From Pseudomonadota bacterium (GTDB lineage Bacteria > Pseudomonadota > Alphaproteobacteria > Paracaedibacterales > CAIOTO01): DNA of 64,000 nt. The translations under genes were made by a program, and so were the position numbers. A model generated the notes under the pieces. The model did not search any database and was not told where the DNA came from. It saw only the letters and a program-made list of their open reading frames with translations. Of the stretch, positions 30,804 through 40,974 are shown in pieces; the stretch's first letter is position 1; each line of letters starts with the position of its first letter. The DNA is taken from the NCBI GenBank assembly GCA_040387495.1, contig JAZKDQ010000004.1, positions 1 through 64,000 of the forward strand. Reading direction: 5' to 3'.

Positions 30804-30840
30804 GCATGTATATAAAACTAAACTCAACAAGGACGCATTT

Positions 30841-31779
30841 ATGAAAATCAGCATCTTCGCCCCGGCAACCATTGCAAATTTTAGCGTGGGGTTTGACTCA
30901 CTTGGCACAGCGCTTTCCGACGTCGAAGGCTCTCTCTTCGGAGATGTAGTCACCATTGAAACTGCTGCTGAAACAATAATTCATATGACTGGTGATTTTT
31001 CGCATAAATTACCAAAGAATCCTGCAGATAATCTCGTTACAAAATGCGCTAAACATTTTCATCAGCATCTAACTGAACGCAGCATTCCTCACAAAACATT
31101 CACACTTACCTTAGAAAAGCGTATGCCTATCGGGAGTGGCCTTGGATCAAGCTCAGCATCCATTGTTGCCGCACTTGTCGCCTTAAATCACTTTTATGAT
31201 AAGCCTTTTAGTGATCACGATCTGCTTATGTTTGCAGGCACCATGGAGGGCGCCACCAATGGATCTGTTCATTACGACAACGTAGCACCTTGCCTGTTTG
31301 GTGGTTTGCAAATGATAACAGACGGCGGGGCTGGATGTGAAAGATTGCCTTTCTTTACTGATTGGGTATTAGTAATTTATCACCCCGGCATTGAAATCTT
31401 GACTGAAATAGCACGCTCTATTTTACCAGATAATCTCGCGCGGGCTGCAGCCATTACCTACTGGCAAAAACTAGCCTGTTTTGTACATGCATCACATACA
31501 GGAAACAGCGCACTTGCTGCAACGCAAATGAATGATATGCTGATTGAGCCCTATCGTGCCACACTCATTCCAAATTTTGAGGCTGGCCGCGTCGCTGCAA
31601 TCAATGCAGGCGCACTTGCCTTTGGCATATCAGGTTCAGGGCCAACATGCTTTGCCGTTACAGAATCAATTGACGTAGCACATCACGTGCGCGACTCCAT
31701 TGTAGGCGTCATGCACGGAACAGATGAATCATTTAGTAAAATCTGCACGATTTCGAAAACAGGGGCACGGTTAGTATAA
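30841..31779 (+). CDS. thrB: Homoserine kinase (GHMP type)
   Basis: APATIANFSVGFDSLG, PIGSGLGSSSAS, HYDNVAP, ISGSGPT. Confidence 0.95.
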   Translation: MKISIFAPATIANFSVGFDSLGTALSDVEGSLFGDVVTIETAAETIIHMTGDFSHKLPKNPADNLVTKCAKHFHQHLTERSIPHKTFTLTLEKRMPIGSGLGSSSASIVAALVALNHFYDKPFSDHDLLMFAGTMEGATNGSVHYDNVAPCLFGGLQMITDGGAGCERLPFFTDWVLVIYHPGIEILTEIARSILPDNLARAAAITYWQKLACFVHASHTGNSALAATQMNDMLIEPYRATLIPNFEAGRVAAINAGALAFGISGSGPTCFAVTESIDVAHHVRDSIVGVMHGTDESFSKICTISKTGARLV

Positions 31780-31784
31780 AAAGC

Positions 31785-32969
31785 TTACATCCATTTAAAA
31801 ACACGCCGTAAGATTAACGCAAACGCACCATTTCCCATCACATTGGCTGCTGATCCAAAGGGATCTTGCAACACATAAAGTGTTGTCAAAATACTGATCA
31901 TTTCAGGGGTAAAACCCAAATATGTTTGCAAGACTGGTAATACAACAAAAACACTGGCGCCTGGAATACCCACACACGACAGCTTGGCCATCGAAAATGC
32001 AAAGGCAAAAGGCACAAAAACGGCAAAATCGGGCCATGGCATGCCAAAAATTGATAACAACGCCATTGCCATCATTAGTATCACCAGATCATCACCAAGC
32101 ATATGAATATTGGCCGTTGATGAAATAACAAGATGAGCAAAATTTTTGTCTTGCGTGGTTTCCTCAGTGCAGCGTAGCGTGACAGGCATAGTTGCAGCCG
32201 ATGACATAGTACTAAACCCAGTTAACCCCGCAGGCAGCATTGTTTTTATATAACCTACGGCTTTGCGCGTATTCCCATGTGATGCCAGAAGGTATAGCCC
32301 TGCAATATACATTAACACCAACGACATACTCAAGAAAAACACCTTGCCGTATTGCTGAAACAAATGCACAAGCGCATCGTCATAACTAAGCTTTAGGCAA
32401 AACCCAAATATATAAATCGGCAAAAGCGGCATAAAGATTTTACTCAGCAACATGCTTACTGTGTCACTTAACCAAATAGATCCGCCCTTGAGCGTTGTTC
32501 GCATTGCATTTTCTTCGTTCAGGCAGTTGAGCAAAAGCCCACAGCCAACACCAATCAACAATGCTTTCTCTGTTCCAATTAAATTTGGAAATCCAAACTT
32601 GAAATTAACCGTAACCATCGATGCAAATTTCGTTGCAAAGTCTAAACTAAGGGATACTCCCGCAAATGGCAGTACTGCTTTACTAAAAAAATATGATGCC
32701 GTGAGTGCAAGGCAATTTGACAAAGTCACACCCACAAAAATCAGTAAAAGCAATTTGAAAGAGCCGCGCTCGATATTAACAAGCGCCCGTAAAATAAAAC
32801 TAAACACAATAAGTGGTAACACAAATAGCAACACTTCGATAAAACACGTGCTAACCGTATAAAAAAAACAAACCGCAGCTAGGCTCAATCCTTTTGCAAT
32901 GCTCATCGCCAAAAAAATGCTAAACACTAAGTGCGCAAGAGGTTGTTTTACTAATTTTATAAAAGACAA
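31785..32969 (-). CDS. Dicarboxylate/amino acid:cation symporter family protein
   Basis: GFSTMSSAATMP, ANIHMLG, GIPG, DPFGSAANVMGN. Confidence 0.88.
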   Translation of the reverse strand: MSFIKLVKQPLAHLVFSIFLAMSIAKGLSLAAVCFFYTVSTCFIEVLLFVLPLIVFSFILRALVNIERGSFKLLLLIFVGVTLSNCLALTASYFFSKAVLPFAGVSLSLDFATKFASMVTVNFKFGFPNLIGTEKALLIGVGCGLLLNCLNEENAMRTTLKGGSIWLSDTVSMLLSKIFMPLLPIYIFGFCLKLSYDDALVHLFQQYGKVFFLSMSLVLMYIAGLYLLASHGNTRKAVGYIKTMLPAGLTGFSTMSSAATMPVTLRCTEETTQDKNFAHLVISSTANIHMLGDDLVILMMAMALLSIFGMPWPDFAVFVPFAFAFSMAKLSCVGIPGASVFVVLPVLQTYLGFTPEMISILTTLYVLQDPFGSAANVMGNGAFALILRRVFKWM

Positions 32970-33162
32970 TTTTTATAACTCAATATTAATAGATGGCGCT
33001 TAGTATGCCTCACTTTCTTCAAAATGGACATAAAAAATGGTGTTTTGTGGTCAGTCATATTTTGATATTGCATTAAACACTTCAACCTAAACCATTGCAA
33101 CAATCACCAACGCCTTATAGGATAGTTTACAGACAATCACACATGTTCTAAGTCACAACCTT

Positions 33163-34647
33163 ATGCTTTGGCAAATTCCTCTCCCCTCATTCACACCAGC
33201 GGTACCTGAAATATTTTTGGCAATAGCCATACTCATTATAACACTCATTGGTTTATTCTCTGGACGCCATGCGTTTAACGCAACCTATGGCACATCCCTT
33301 GGGGCGATCGTTATCACACTATTGCTTACACTCAAGCTTGCATTTAATCAAACCGAAGTATCTTACATCACATTTAGCGGACTATTCATAAGTGATATTT
33401 TTAGCGTTTATGCGAAAATATTTCTACTAAGCGGTGTTGGGCTGATATTGATAATGATAAGATCGTCACTCCTTCAAACTGGTCTAGCGCTATTTGAATA
33501 CCCCATTCTCATTTTAACAAGCACACTTGGCATGATGCTGATGATTTCAGCAAATGATTTACTTTCGGTATTCACAGCACTTGAACTGATGAGCCTTAGT
33601 CTATACATTTTGATCGCCCTTAAACGCCGAGATTTAGCCGCAAGCGAAGCCAGCCTCAAATATTTCATTTTGGGCGCACTCGCTACAGGAATCTTTCTCT
33701 ATGGGGCAAGCTGGGTTTATGGCTATGCAGGAACTACAAACTTCGATGTATTGGAACGCTTTTTATCCGCCCATAGTGCTGAAAAATTTCCTTATTTACT
33801 TGTTGGTCTTACCCTTATCATTGTGGGTATTGCGTTTAAGATTTCTGCGGCACCCTTTCATATGTGGGCACCCGATGTTTATCAAGGAACGCCAACACCA
33901 GTATTATCATTTTTGGTTACCATGCCAAAATTCGCAGCGTTCGCTCTCATGCTTCGATTAATAACAGGGCCATTCAACACGCTCATGCACCATGGGTCTA
34001 AAATTTTCATGTGTCTTGCAATCACATCTATGTTCATTGGTGCTTTTGCAGCACTTACACAACAACCAATTCGTCGTTTTATCGCCTATAGCTCAATTGG
34101 GCAAGTCGGTTTTGCTCTCATCGGTATTATTTTAGCCAGTGAACCTGGCTACAGATCTACACTTTTATTCCTTGTATTTTACCTCATCACAATGATTGGA
34201 TTCATGGGATGTCTGGTGCATTTGTCCAGACGAGGGCATGAGTTAAATACATTATCAGACCTAAATGGTCTTGGGCGGCACCATCCAATCGTTTCATTTT
34301 GTCTTGGTTTTTTTATCTTCTCACTTGCGGGAATTCCACCAATGCCAGGATTTCTGCCGAAGCTTTGGATGATACAAACGGCTGTGCAACATGAACATTA
34401 TATATTGTCTGTCATAGCGGTTCTTTATAGCGTTATCGCTGCTGCTTACTATTTATTGCTCATCAAAGCAATTTTTATTGATACGCCTGCCGATGACAAT
34501 TCAACGGTTGCCGTCCTTAAAACATCTGGTTCGGAAAGTCTGATTGTAGCCTATGGGTTAATTGCCCTATTACTAGGCTTAATGTTCTATCCAAATCCGC
34601 TTATCACATGGACTTCACATGTCGCTGCAGCATTAATGTTTTTCTAA
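33163..34647 (+). CDS. nuoN: NADH-quinone oxidoreductase subunit N
   Basis: LELMSL, EASLKYFILG, FKISAAPFHMWAPDVYQG, AYSSI, SLAGIPP. Confidence 0.93.
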   Translation: MLWQIPLPSFTPAVPEIFLAIAILIITLIGLFSGRHAFNATYGTSLGAIVITLLLTLKLAFNQTEVSYITFSGLFISDIFSVYAKIFLLSGVGLILIMIRSSLLQTGLALFEYPILILTSTLGMMLMISANDLLSVFTALELMSLSLYILIALKRRDLAASEASLKYFILGALATGIFLYGASWVYGYAGTTNFDVLERFLSAHSAEKFPYLLVGLTLIIVGIAFKISAAPFHMWAPDVYQGTPTPVLSFLVTMPKFAAFALMLRLITGPFNTLMHHGSKIFMCLAITSMFIGAFAALTQQPIRRFIAYSSIGQVGFALIGIILASEPGYRSTLLFLVFYLITMIGFMGCLVHLSRRGHELNTLSDLNGLGRHHPIVSFCLGFFIFSLAGIPPMPGFLPKLWMIQTAVQHEHYILSVIAVLYSVIAAAYYLLLIKAIFIDTPADDNSTVAVLKTSGSESLIVAYGLIALLLGLMFYPNPLITWTSHVAAALMFF

Positions 34648-34963
34648 GTACGATTTATTTATATTTTTCCATCATTCCAGCACAACAAAAGCGCTTTTTT
34701 CAAAAATGACGTAAGAGCACGATATTCTTTCATCTTTATGCTTGACGATTTTATTTAAAATGAGAGATAATTTTTATATAAATAGATTTCAAGAAATATA
34801 ACATCAATTTCACAAGAAATTAGATAACAAAAAATGTTAACATAAAAACATAAGCCGCTAATAAAAATCCAATTGTTTATTTATGGGATCAGAACAATCT
34901 TATTAATGTAATATAAAGTTTAATTATGTAATACTATATATAACAATTATAATAGAGGCATCT

Positions 34964-36241
34964 ATGTTCAAATTTACAATATTAATCAACTTAATGATAA
35001 TTAAATGTTTTTGCACGGATCAATGGGATCCTGAGGACGATTGGGGCGCCAAGCTTAACCATTATACAGAACACTGTAATTCAAACCACTCTAGGCAACA
35101 AAACTCTCTGAAACAGGCCGAAACTAGCACTTATAAAATTAATAAACCATTAACCTTAGCCGAAGCAGTGGCACCTTTATTGCAATATTCATGGCAAGGT
35201 CTGGAACGAATATTTGAATCAGAAAAAGCACACAGGGCAAGAGCTATGTCAGATGGTCACATATCAACTCCAAATGTAAATACAGTACAACAAGAATTTC
35301 GCCCACAACGAACAAACGCACTGCAAAAATCTCCCCAACAAGGACTTTTAAGAAAGCCGCAACAACACGCGGCGAGACAACAGACAGTGCAACGAGAAAT
35401 TCCAATGCATCAAATATTACCACAACAAGCTAGCCCAAGAAAACAGCGGCAATATCCTATACAGCCAGAAAACTCAGTACAAAAAATATACCCGAGAAAT
35501 AAATACAGTGATCCTGCAGTACATCCAGAAAAAAAACAAGAATTAATAAATGATACAAAAATTGAAAATAATGAGCCCAAGATTAATGCCACTAAATTAA
35601 AAGTTGACAATGGAATACCACAAGAAATTAAAATAAAAGATGAAAATAAACAAATTAATACAGAAACAATTCTTGCGTTCCAATATGCAGAAGAATTAAT
35701 AAACAAAATAAATGACAAAGAATCAAGCAATTATAAAAATGCACGGGATATGTTAGACTTCCAAAAAAAGGTACATACACGAATGATTCAAATCGAACAA
35801 TATTTCAGGGAAGATCAAATGCCAGCAGGGAAAATAAATCTTTTATCCAATCGGCAAAAAAATGAACATACAAGGACCTATCCTTTATGGAATGAAACAA
35901 AGTACTATTTATCAATTGAGTATACAAAATTACATACTCAACTCAGGATATATACAATTGGAATTCACTGTGATAGTAAGAAAACAACAAAAGAAGTTAT
36001 ATCCAATATGAATAAAGAATATCATGGAACAAGTGATCGGTATAAATGGAAAAGAAACGAAGTCACTGGCGAAAATAAGTATGAAGAAGACGAAGAACGC
36101 AGCATATATGATTATGGGCTCACTGAATATTTTTTACTTAAAAACGATGATCAACGCTGCCTGTTGGGAATGAAATATCTAGAATTAACAGGCCTAGAAC
36201 CTATAAAAATTGATCTTTTAGAGCAAGAAGGCCCTGCATAA
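34964..36241 (+). CDS. Orphan putative secreted protein with Gln/Pro-rich low-complexity region
   Basis: 425-aa AT-rich ORF, short hydrophobic leader, QQ-rich middle. Confidence 0.65.
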   Translation: MFKFTILINLMIIKCFCTDQWDPEDDWGAKLNHYTEHCNSNHSRQQNSLKQAETSTYKINKPLTLAEAVAPLLQYSWQGLERIFESEKAHRARAMSDGHISTPNVNTVQQEFRPQRTNALQKSPQQGLLRKPQQHAARQQTVQREIPMHQILPQQASPRKQRQYPIQPENSVQKIYPRNKYSDPAVHPEKKQELINDTKIENNEPKINATKLKVDNGIPQEIKIKDENKQINTETILAFQYAEELINKINDKESSNYKNARDMLDFQKKVHTRMIQIEQYFREDQMPAGKINLLSNRQKNEHTRTYPLWNETKYYLSIEYTKLHTQLRIYTIGIHCDSKKTTKEVISNMNKEYHGTSDRYKWKRNEVTGENKYEEDEERSIYDYGLTEYFLLKNDDQRCLLGMKYLELTGLEPIKIDLLEQEGPA

Positions 36242-36910
36242 TTAAGCAACGTGCCCCATGTCATTCAAAATCCCACGAATAAACGCAATAGTAATGTTAC
36301 GCTTTTGCTCAGCTGACAAACGTTCGAGTAAACGCACCCAATGATCAACCATTGCATACGATCGATCGATGTGTTGCCCTAAATACATCAAAACTTGTTC
36401 ATCCACAAATACGCCGCAATCGACCAGATTCTTTTTAAGCAAAGCGAGCACCAACGCATCGTCGGGAAGACTGAGCGTAAATGTTGAAAGCGTCGCTAGC
36501 CGTGAAGACAAATCAGGCAGAGTGCACCAATTCTGATAAGGCTGTGACATCGTCATAACAAATTGTGCCCCCCTCTCCTTAGCATGATTGAAAAAGTGAA
36601 ACAACCACGGGGCTGGCGCACGATCAGCATCATCAAGCACAAAAAGGGATTCTTTTAGTTCAAAAGGGTGATTTGCTGCGCATACTTGCCCATTCAAAAA
36701 ACGCGCCTGGCGATTCTTTTCTACAAACGTATGGCACAAATGTGTTTTTCCTGAATGAGGCTCGCCCAAAATAAGAGCGCCCATCGTATCAAGAGGCCAC
36801 GCCGGCCAAGCTTCTAGCCATCGGTAGGCGTCAGCATTGCACGAGCCAACCACGTAATTTTCACGGGTAAAAATTGGAATGCTTGGAAAAGAAAATGCAC
36901 GTTGTTTCAC
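36242..36910 (-). CDS. HdaA/DnaA-related ATPase domain protein
   Basis: YVVGSCNADA, WPAWP, GEPHSGKTHL, LFHFFN, LPDLSSRL, LPDDAL. Confidence 0.85.
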   Translation of the reverse strand: MKQRAFSFPSIPIFTRENYVVGSCNADAYRWLEAWPAWPLDTMGALILGEPHSGKTHLCHTFVEKNRQARFLNGQVCAANHPFELKESLFVLDDADRAPAPWLFHFFNHAKERGAQFVMTMSQPYQNWCTLPDLSSRLATLSTFTLSLPDDALVLALLKKNLVDCGVFVDEQVLMYLGQHIDRSYAMVDHWVRLLERLSAEQKRNITIAFIRGILNDMGHVA

Positions 36911-36991
36911 AAGAAGTCTCGAAAAGTATGATCATAAGAATTGACTCTTATATAACCATACCTTTCGATGTGTTGTCATGCGTTATTAAGC

Positions 36992-37320
36992 TTAGCCTAC
37001 AGCTGCAGCTGTGCTGCACGTGCCCCCGCTCAATTCACATGTCATTGTCCCACCTGCGTACCCTAGCCTTGTATTGATCTCTTTGAGAGTTTCGCTATTT
37101 ACTGCACAATCTTTTGTTATAAGATCTTCATAGGTGACTGCATTTACATAGCGACATGTACCGCCGCCCATCATTCCACTTTTATGCGCCCATGCACAAT
37201 CTACTCCTAAACCTTTAAGCTTATCTTTTCTACTAGTAAGTGAGGCACCTCAGCCAGACTTGCCTTAGCATCCTTCTTAGCTTTAAGCAAAATATCAGAA
37301 AACGTGGATTCTAAATTCAT
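36992..37320 (-). pseudogene. Probable remnant of a Cys/Gly-rich orphan gene (frameshift near 37250)
   Basis: MNLESTFSDILLKAKKDAKASLA in one frame continues as GASLTSRKDKLKGLGVDCAWAHKSGMMGGGTC...CELSGGTC in another. Confidence 0.4.
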
Positions 37321-37463
37321 TTATAAATAATAAGCTTTCAAGTAAATTTTAAAAATAAATATAATTCGAAAAAAGACTGCAATTCACACTGGTTATGCTT
37401 CGAGCCAACGATCTGCATCACCATAGATGTTGTATACAAAAAAATATATGCACCTTTAATAAT

Positions 37464-37492
37464 AAAAATCCCCGAAACAAGTCCCGGGGATT
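37464..37492 (-). terminator. Intrinsic terminator of ssb
   Basis: AATCCCCG...CGGGGATT stem flanked by an A-tract. Confidence 0.7.
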
Positions 37493-37549
37493 ATAAAAAA
37501 ATAATATAAATAAAGACTGCACTAGTCGAATCTTAGTGTGCTGGAGCGA

Positions 37550-38041
37550 TCAAAAAGGAACGTCGTCGTCTAATTCATCGAATTTCTGCACTGGCTTTGC
37601 AGCCGCCTTTGGTGCATAGCTGCCACCTTGGTTTGAATCATCAAAACCGCCGCCGCCCATGTATTCAGCATCACTGCCGCTGCCACCTGATTTATTATCA
37701 AGCAATGTTAATTCACCACGGAAACGACCAATTACGACTTCTGTTGTATAGCGTTCTTGCCCGGATTGATCTGTCCATTTACGTGTTTGAAGCTGTCCTT
37801 CAACATAAATCTTTGATCCCTTGCGGACATATTTTTCAACGATATCAGCGATTTTGTCATTCATAACAGAAATACGGTGCCATTCAGTACGATCGCGTCG
37901 TTCACCGGATGCTTTATCTTTCCAAGACTCGCTCGTGGCAATTGAAAAGTTTGCAACTTTAGTTCCATCTGGCATGAAACGCATTTCGGGGTCTTTTCCT
38001 AAATTTCCTACGAGAATTACTTTATTAACTGAGCCTGCCAC
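37550..38041 (-). CDS. ssb: Single-stranded DNA-binding protein
   Basis: GTG start with GGAGG SD; AGSVNKVILVGNLGKDPE, TEWHR, C-terminal DDDVPF. Confidence 0.97.
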   Translation of the reverse strand: MAGSVNKVILVGNLGKDPEMRFMPDGTKVANFSIATSESWKDKASGERRDRTEWHRISVMNDKIADIVEKYVRKGSKIYVEGQLQTRKWTDQSGQERYTTEVVIGRFRGELTLLDNKSGGSGSDAEYMGGGGFDDSNQGGSYAPKAAAKPVQKFDELDDDVPF

Positions 38042-38202
38042 AAAAACCTCCATTGACACGATATTATCATTTATTTACTCAACTTATGAGTCACTAAAGG
38101 TTTGTCACATTTAGCGCATAAATTAAGAAGAGCATATGTACTAGTTATGCCTGTTTTTGCTCGGTTTGTGAATTAAAAAAGATATGCCCATTGGGGTTGG
38201 CT

Positions 38203-39153
38203 CTACAACACCTTGCCCAGCGGTATATCCTGGCGACAGACTTCATATCCATCGGGATCATTAAATAGTATTTCCACATAACCGTATTTCATATAAAAAG
38301 GCTGTGCTTCAGGAGATGACTCCGCATGCAGAGTTTTAATCCCTTGCCCCTTTAGCCATCTTTCACAAAGCTTTAGGAACTCGGTACCAAATCCCTGCCT
38401 TCTCATCTTTTCATCAATCACCATCATTCGGAGTGCAGCCCGGTCATCTAGCCACTTTTGTATATGCGCATAACCGACAATATCAACACCGCTACTAAAC
38501 ACAAAATGCACATGATCGGGGTGATTAAATGTTCCTGTATGCGGGTTCAGCATAGAAAATTTATCAAAGAACCTTTTTCTAAATGCCTTAGCCGTTTCCC
38601 ATTCATAGTCGTGGGTGCAATGCATTAAGCGCGTGCCGTTAAATCCGGCTTTTTGATAAACACCGCGGATAAATTCATGTTTTCCAAGAGTGTAGCCTGA
38701 AAACTGCGAAGGGCTCCGTTCAAACGAAGAGACTTGTGTCAACAAATGTGTCTTTAACGCGGCATATTCAGCGCATGCTTGTGGGTTATTTCGCAAATAA
38801 TTCGTAAACGTTAGATTCAGCTCAATCTCGGGATTGCCATCTTCATAGACATGCAAGTGAACAGTAACAGCGCCCTTTTTACTGAAATAAAAACGAAACG
38901 GAATATTCATCTCGCCTTTGTAGGCGTAGCCAATTGATTCAACGCTGCTCATAAAAGCCTTCGCATTTTTAACAACGACAATGATATCAATGATAGGTTT
39001 TGCCGCTAAACCTGGGACCGATGTTGAGCCAATATGATGGATCATGATGCAATTATTACCAAGCGCGCCCATGATCCGCGCTGATTCTTCTGCAAACATT
39101 ACTGGCCATTCGGGGTTGTATGGAACGACTTCAATCTGTTTTGTTCTGATCAT
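38203..39153 (-). CDS. GrpB (UPF0157) domain / GNAT acetyltransferase fusion
   Basis: YNPEWP, HIGSTSVPGLAAKPIIDI, YAALK; C-terminal RRQGFG and FYMKYGY. Confidence 0.88.
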   Translation of the reverse strand: MIRTKQIEVVPYNPEWPVMFAEESARIMGALGNNCIMIHHIGSTSVPGLAAKPIIDIIVVVKNAKAFMSSVESIGYAYKGEMNIPFRFYFSKKGAVTVHLHVYEDGNPEIELNLTFTNYLRNNPQACAEYAALKTHLLTQVSSFERSPSQFSGYTLGKHEFIRGVYQKAGFNGTRLMHCTHDYEWETAKAFRKRFFDKFSMLNPHTGTFNHPDHVHFVFSSGVDIVGYAHIQKWLDDRAALRMMVIDEKMRRQGFGTEFLKLCERWLKGQGIKTLHAESSPEAQPFYMKYGYVEILFNDPDGYEVCRQDIPLGKVL

Positions 39154-39320
39154 CCAAACCTTCTCATTCTTCTGAAAACCATCTTCTTATACGATCAAAA
39201 ATGCCAACATCCTGCAACATATGGTGCACAGTTTATGGTCACATCTATTGCTAAAAACAAACAAAAGTAACTAAAAAAATCTAAACATAATCATGAATTT
39301 TCCACTTATCAATTTTTATA

Positions 39321-39620
39321 CTAAACTCTTTTTAAAAAACAAGCTTTCAACATAAATTGACCTAAATCTGTTTTGCAGTCAACTTCGTGATCGCCGCCAA
39401 CCAAACGGATGCTTTTGATTTTTGTACCCACTTTAAGCGTAATAGAGGATCCCTTAACTTTAAGGTTTTTGATAATTGAAACCGAATCACCGTCTGACAA
39501 TATATTGCCATTGGAATCTCGCACAACTGAATCATCCTCATCTGTCACATCTGATGCGTGTTGCGGCCATTCGTGTCCGCAATCAGCACACATAAAAGAA
39601 TTGCCATCTGGACATGTTTT
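39321..39620 (-). pseudogene. PhnA/YjdM zinc-ribbon protein, 5'-truncated
   Basis: CADCGHEW, VRDSNGNILSDGDSV, LKVKGSS, LKACFLKR are present. Upstream in frame reads *TNQHFLVRAKTCPDGNSF, lacking the start and the first CxxC. Confidence 0.65.
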
Positions 39621-39971
39621 TGCCCGTACTAAAAAGTGTTGGTTAGTTCAATATACAGTTTTCAGATGGTTTTGCGAACTTCTTCCGTCATTGAAAGGAA
39701 ACATAGGTGGCGCGGTAATGCATGTATTTAAACTGCCCTGGATGCCTGCGCACTTTAGGCTCGCCGCTATGACTAGCGGGTAGTGAGGATTAATCTCTCA
39801 TTTCTGGCAGCTTACCAAAAAGTGGAGTTGGAGCTGGCCCAAAATGCCCCCCCGTCATTTAAGTGACTTTCAAAGAATCTCTAGGATTCACGACAGAATA
39901 ACTTTTTCAACTTGAAGGAGAATTATTATTCTATATATTATAGATAACAATATAATAACTAATATGAACAG

Positions 39972-40814
39972 GTGACAATTATGAATGTTTACACTTTACT
40001 AAAATTCATTTACTTTTCAATTATTTCAATAAGCTCATTATATGCCTCGACTACTCCCAACATAGATGTCGAACCTGCTGGCATTATAGAGGTAAGGATT
40101 GCGTGTTTTCGTGAAAAAAATGCTGAGATTTCATCTTCCTTAGAAATCTTAAAACAGGATTGTGAAGCCAATTTCACCCCATATGTTGAACCTTCAGATA
40201 TTACAATAGGAACCCCCTGGCTAACGGAAGAAGGGCCAAACTACATTGCTTTTGATAAAGAAAATACACCGTTAGGTTTTTTAGCTGTTGGCTGGAATAT
40301 GAGTCAAAAAGAAATGACCGAAAAATATAATCAACAAATGAATTCAGTAATTCCTGAGAATATTAGCTCACAAATACGTGCCGATTTTACAGAAATTAAG
40401 GACTATAGTAGTGAGCTCTCACAATTAATTACACTATCACCTGCAAAAGCTTCCGAAGTTTTTGGTGGAAGCTATAATATTTTCATTTACGTTTCCTCAA
40501 ACGCGCGTGGACGTGGTATAGGCCAAAAACTAATGTCTTGTTTGCCTGGGATTATGCAAGAAAAATTTCAAGAAGGATTAAACATACGATATTCATCTAA
40601 AATTTCTAATTTACCTTCTATTGCTTTGTTTTTAAAAACATCAAAAGAAATGGACCATTTGCCAGATGTTTATCTAAAAGCAACAAAAACTGAAAGCAGG
40701 TTGATAGAAGAGGGCTTAGCATATGATCAGATGATCTCTTTTCTTTTATCACCTAATTCTGAAGGCAGTGGATATAACATTATTGATAAGTTTATAAAAA
40801 ATTTTAAAAAATAA
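39972..40814 (+). CDS. Orphan putative secreted GNAT-fold protein
   Basis: Leader ending SSLYA; acetyl-CoA motif A IYVSSNARGRGIGQKLM; SNLPSIALF. Confidence 0.7.
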   Translation: MTIMNVYTLLKFIYFSIISISSLYASTTPNIDVEPAGIIEVRIACFREKNAEISSSLEILKQDCEANFTPYVEPSDITIGTPWLTEEGPNYIAFDKENTPLGFLAVGWNMSQKEMTEKYNQQMNSVIPENISSQIRADFTEIKDYSSELSQLITLSPAKASEVFGGSYNIFIYVSSNARGRGIGQKLMSCLPGIMQEKFQEGLNIRYSSKISNLPSIALFLKTSKEMDHLPDVYLKATKTESRLIEEGLAYDQMISFLLSPNSEGSGYNIIDKFIKNFKK

Positions 40815-40860
40815 AAGCCATCTAAACTAAGCATTTTTACCTGAAATCGACGAGATTGCT

Positions 40861-40899
40861 GAGCACACCCCCTGCATTTTTACAGAGGGTGTGCTCTAC
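40861..40899 (-). repeat. GTAG-type REP-like hairpin or bidirectional terminator between convergent genes
   Basis: GAGCACACCC...GGGTGTGCTCTAC; the minus strand begins GTAG. Confidence 0.5.
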
Positions 40900-40974
40900 A
40901 TATACTACAAATTAATAACTTTGAATGTTATCCATCTTGATTTGGCTCTGTCACAAATTTTTCAATAGTTTTCA

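Noticed and set aside
33163..34647. Isolated nuoN (and isolated ccmF) as a novel system
   Set aside because: Fragmentation of nuo and ccm operons is common in reduced alphaproteobacterial genomes.
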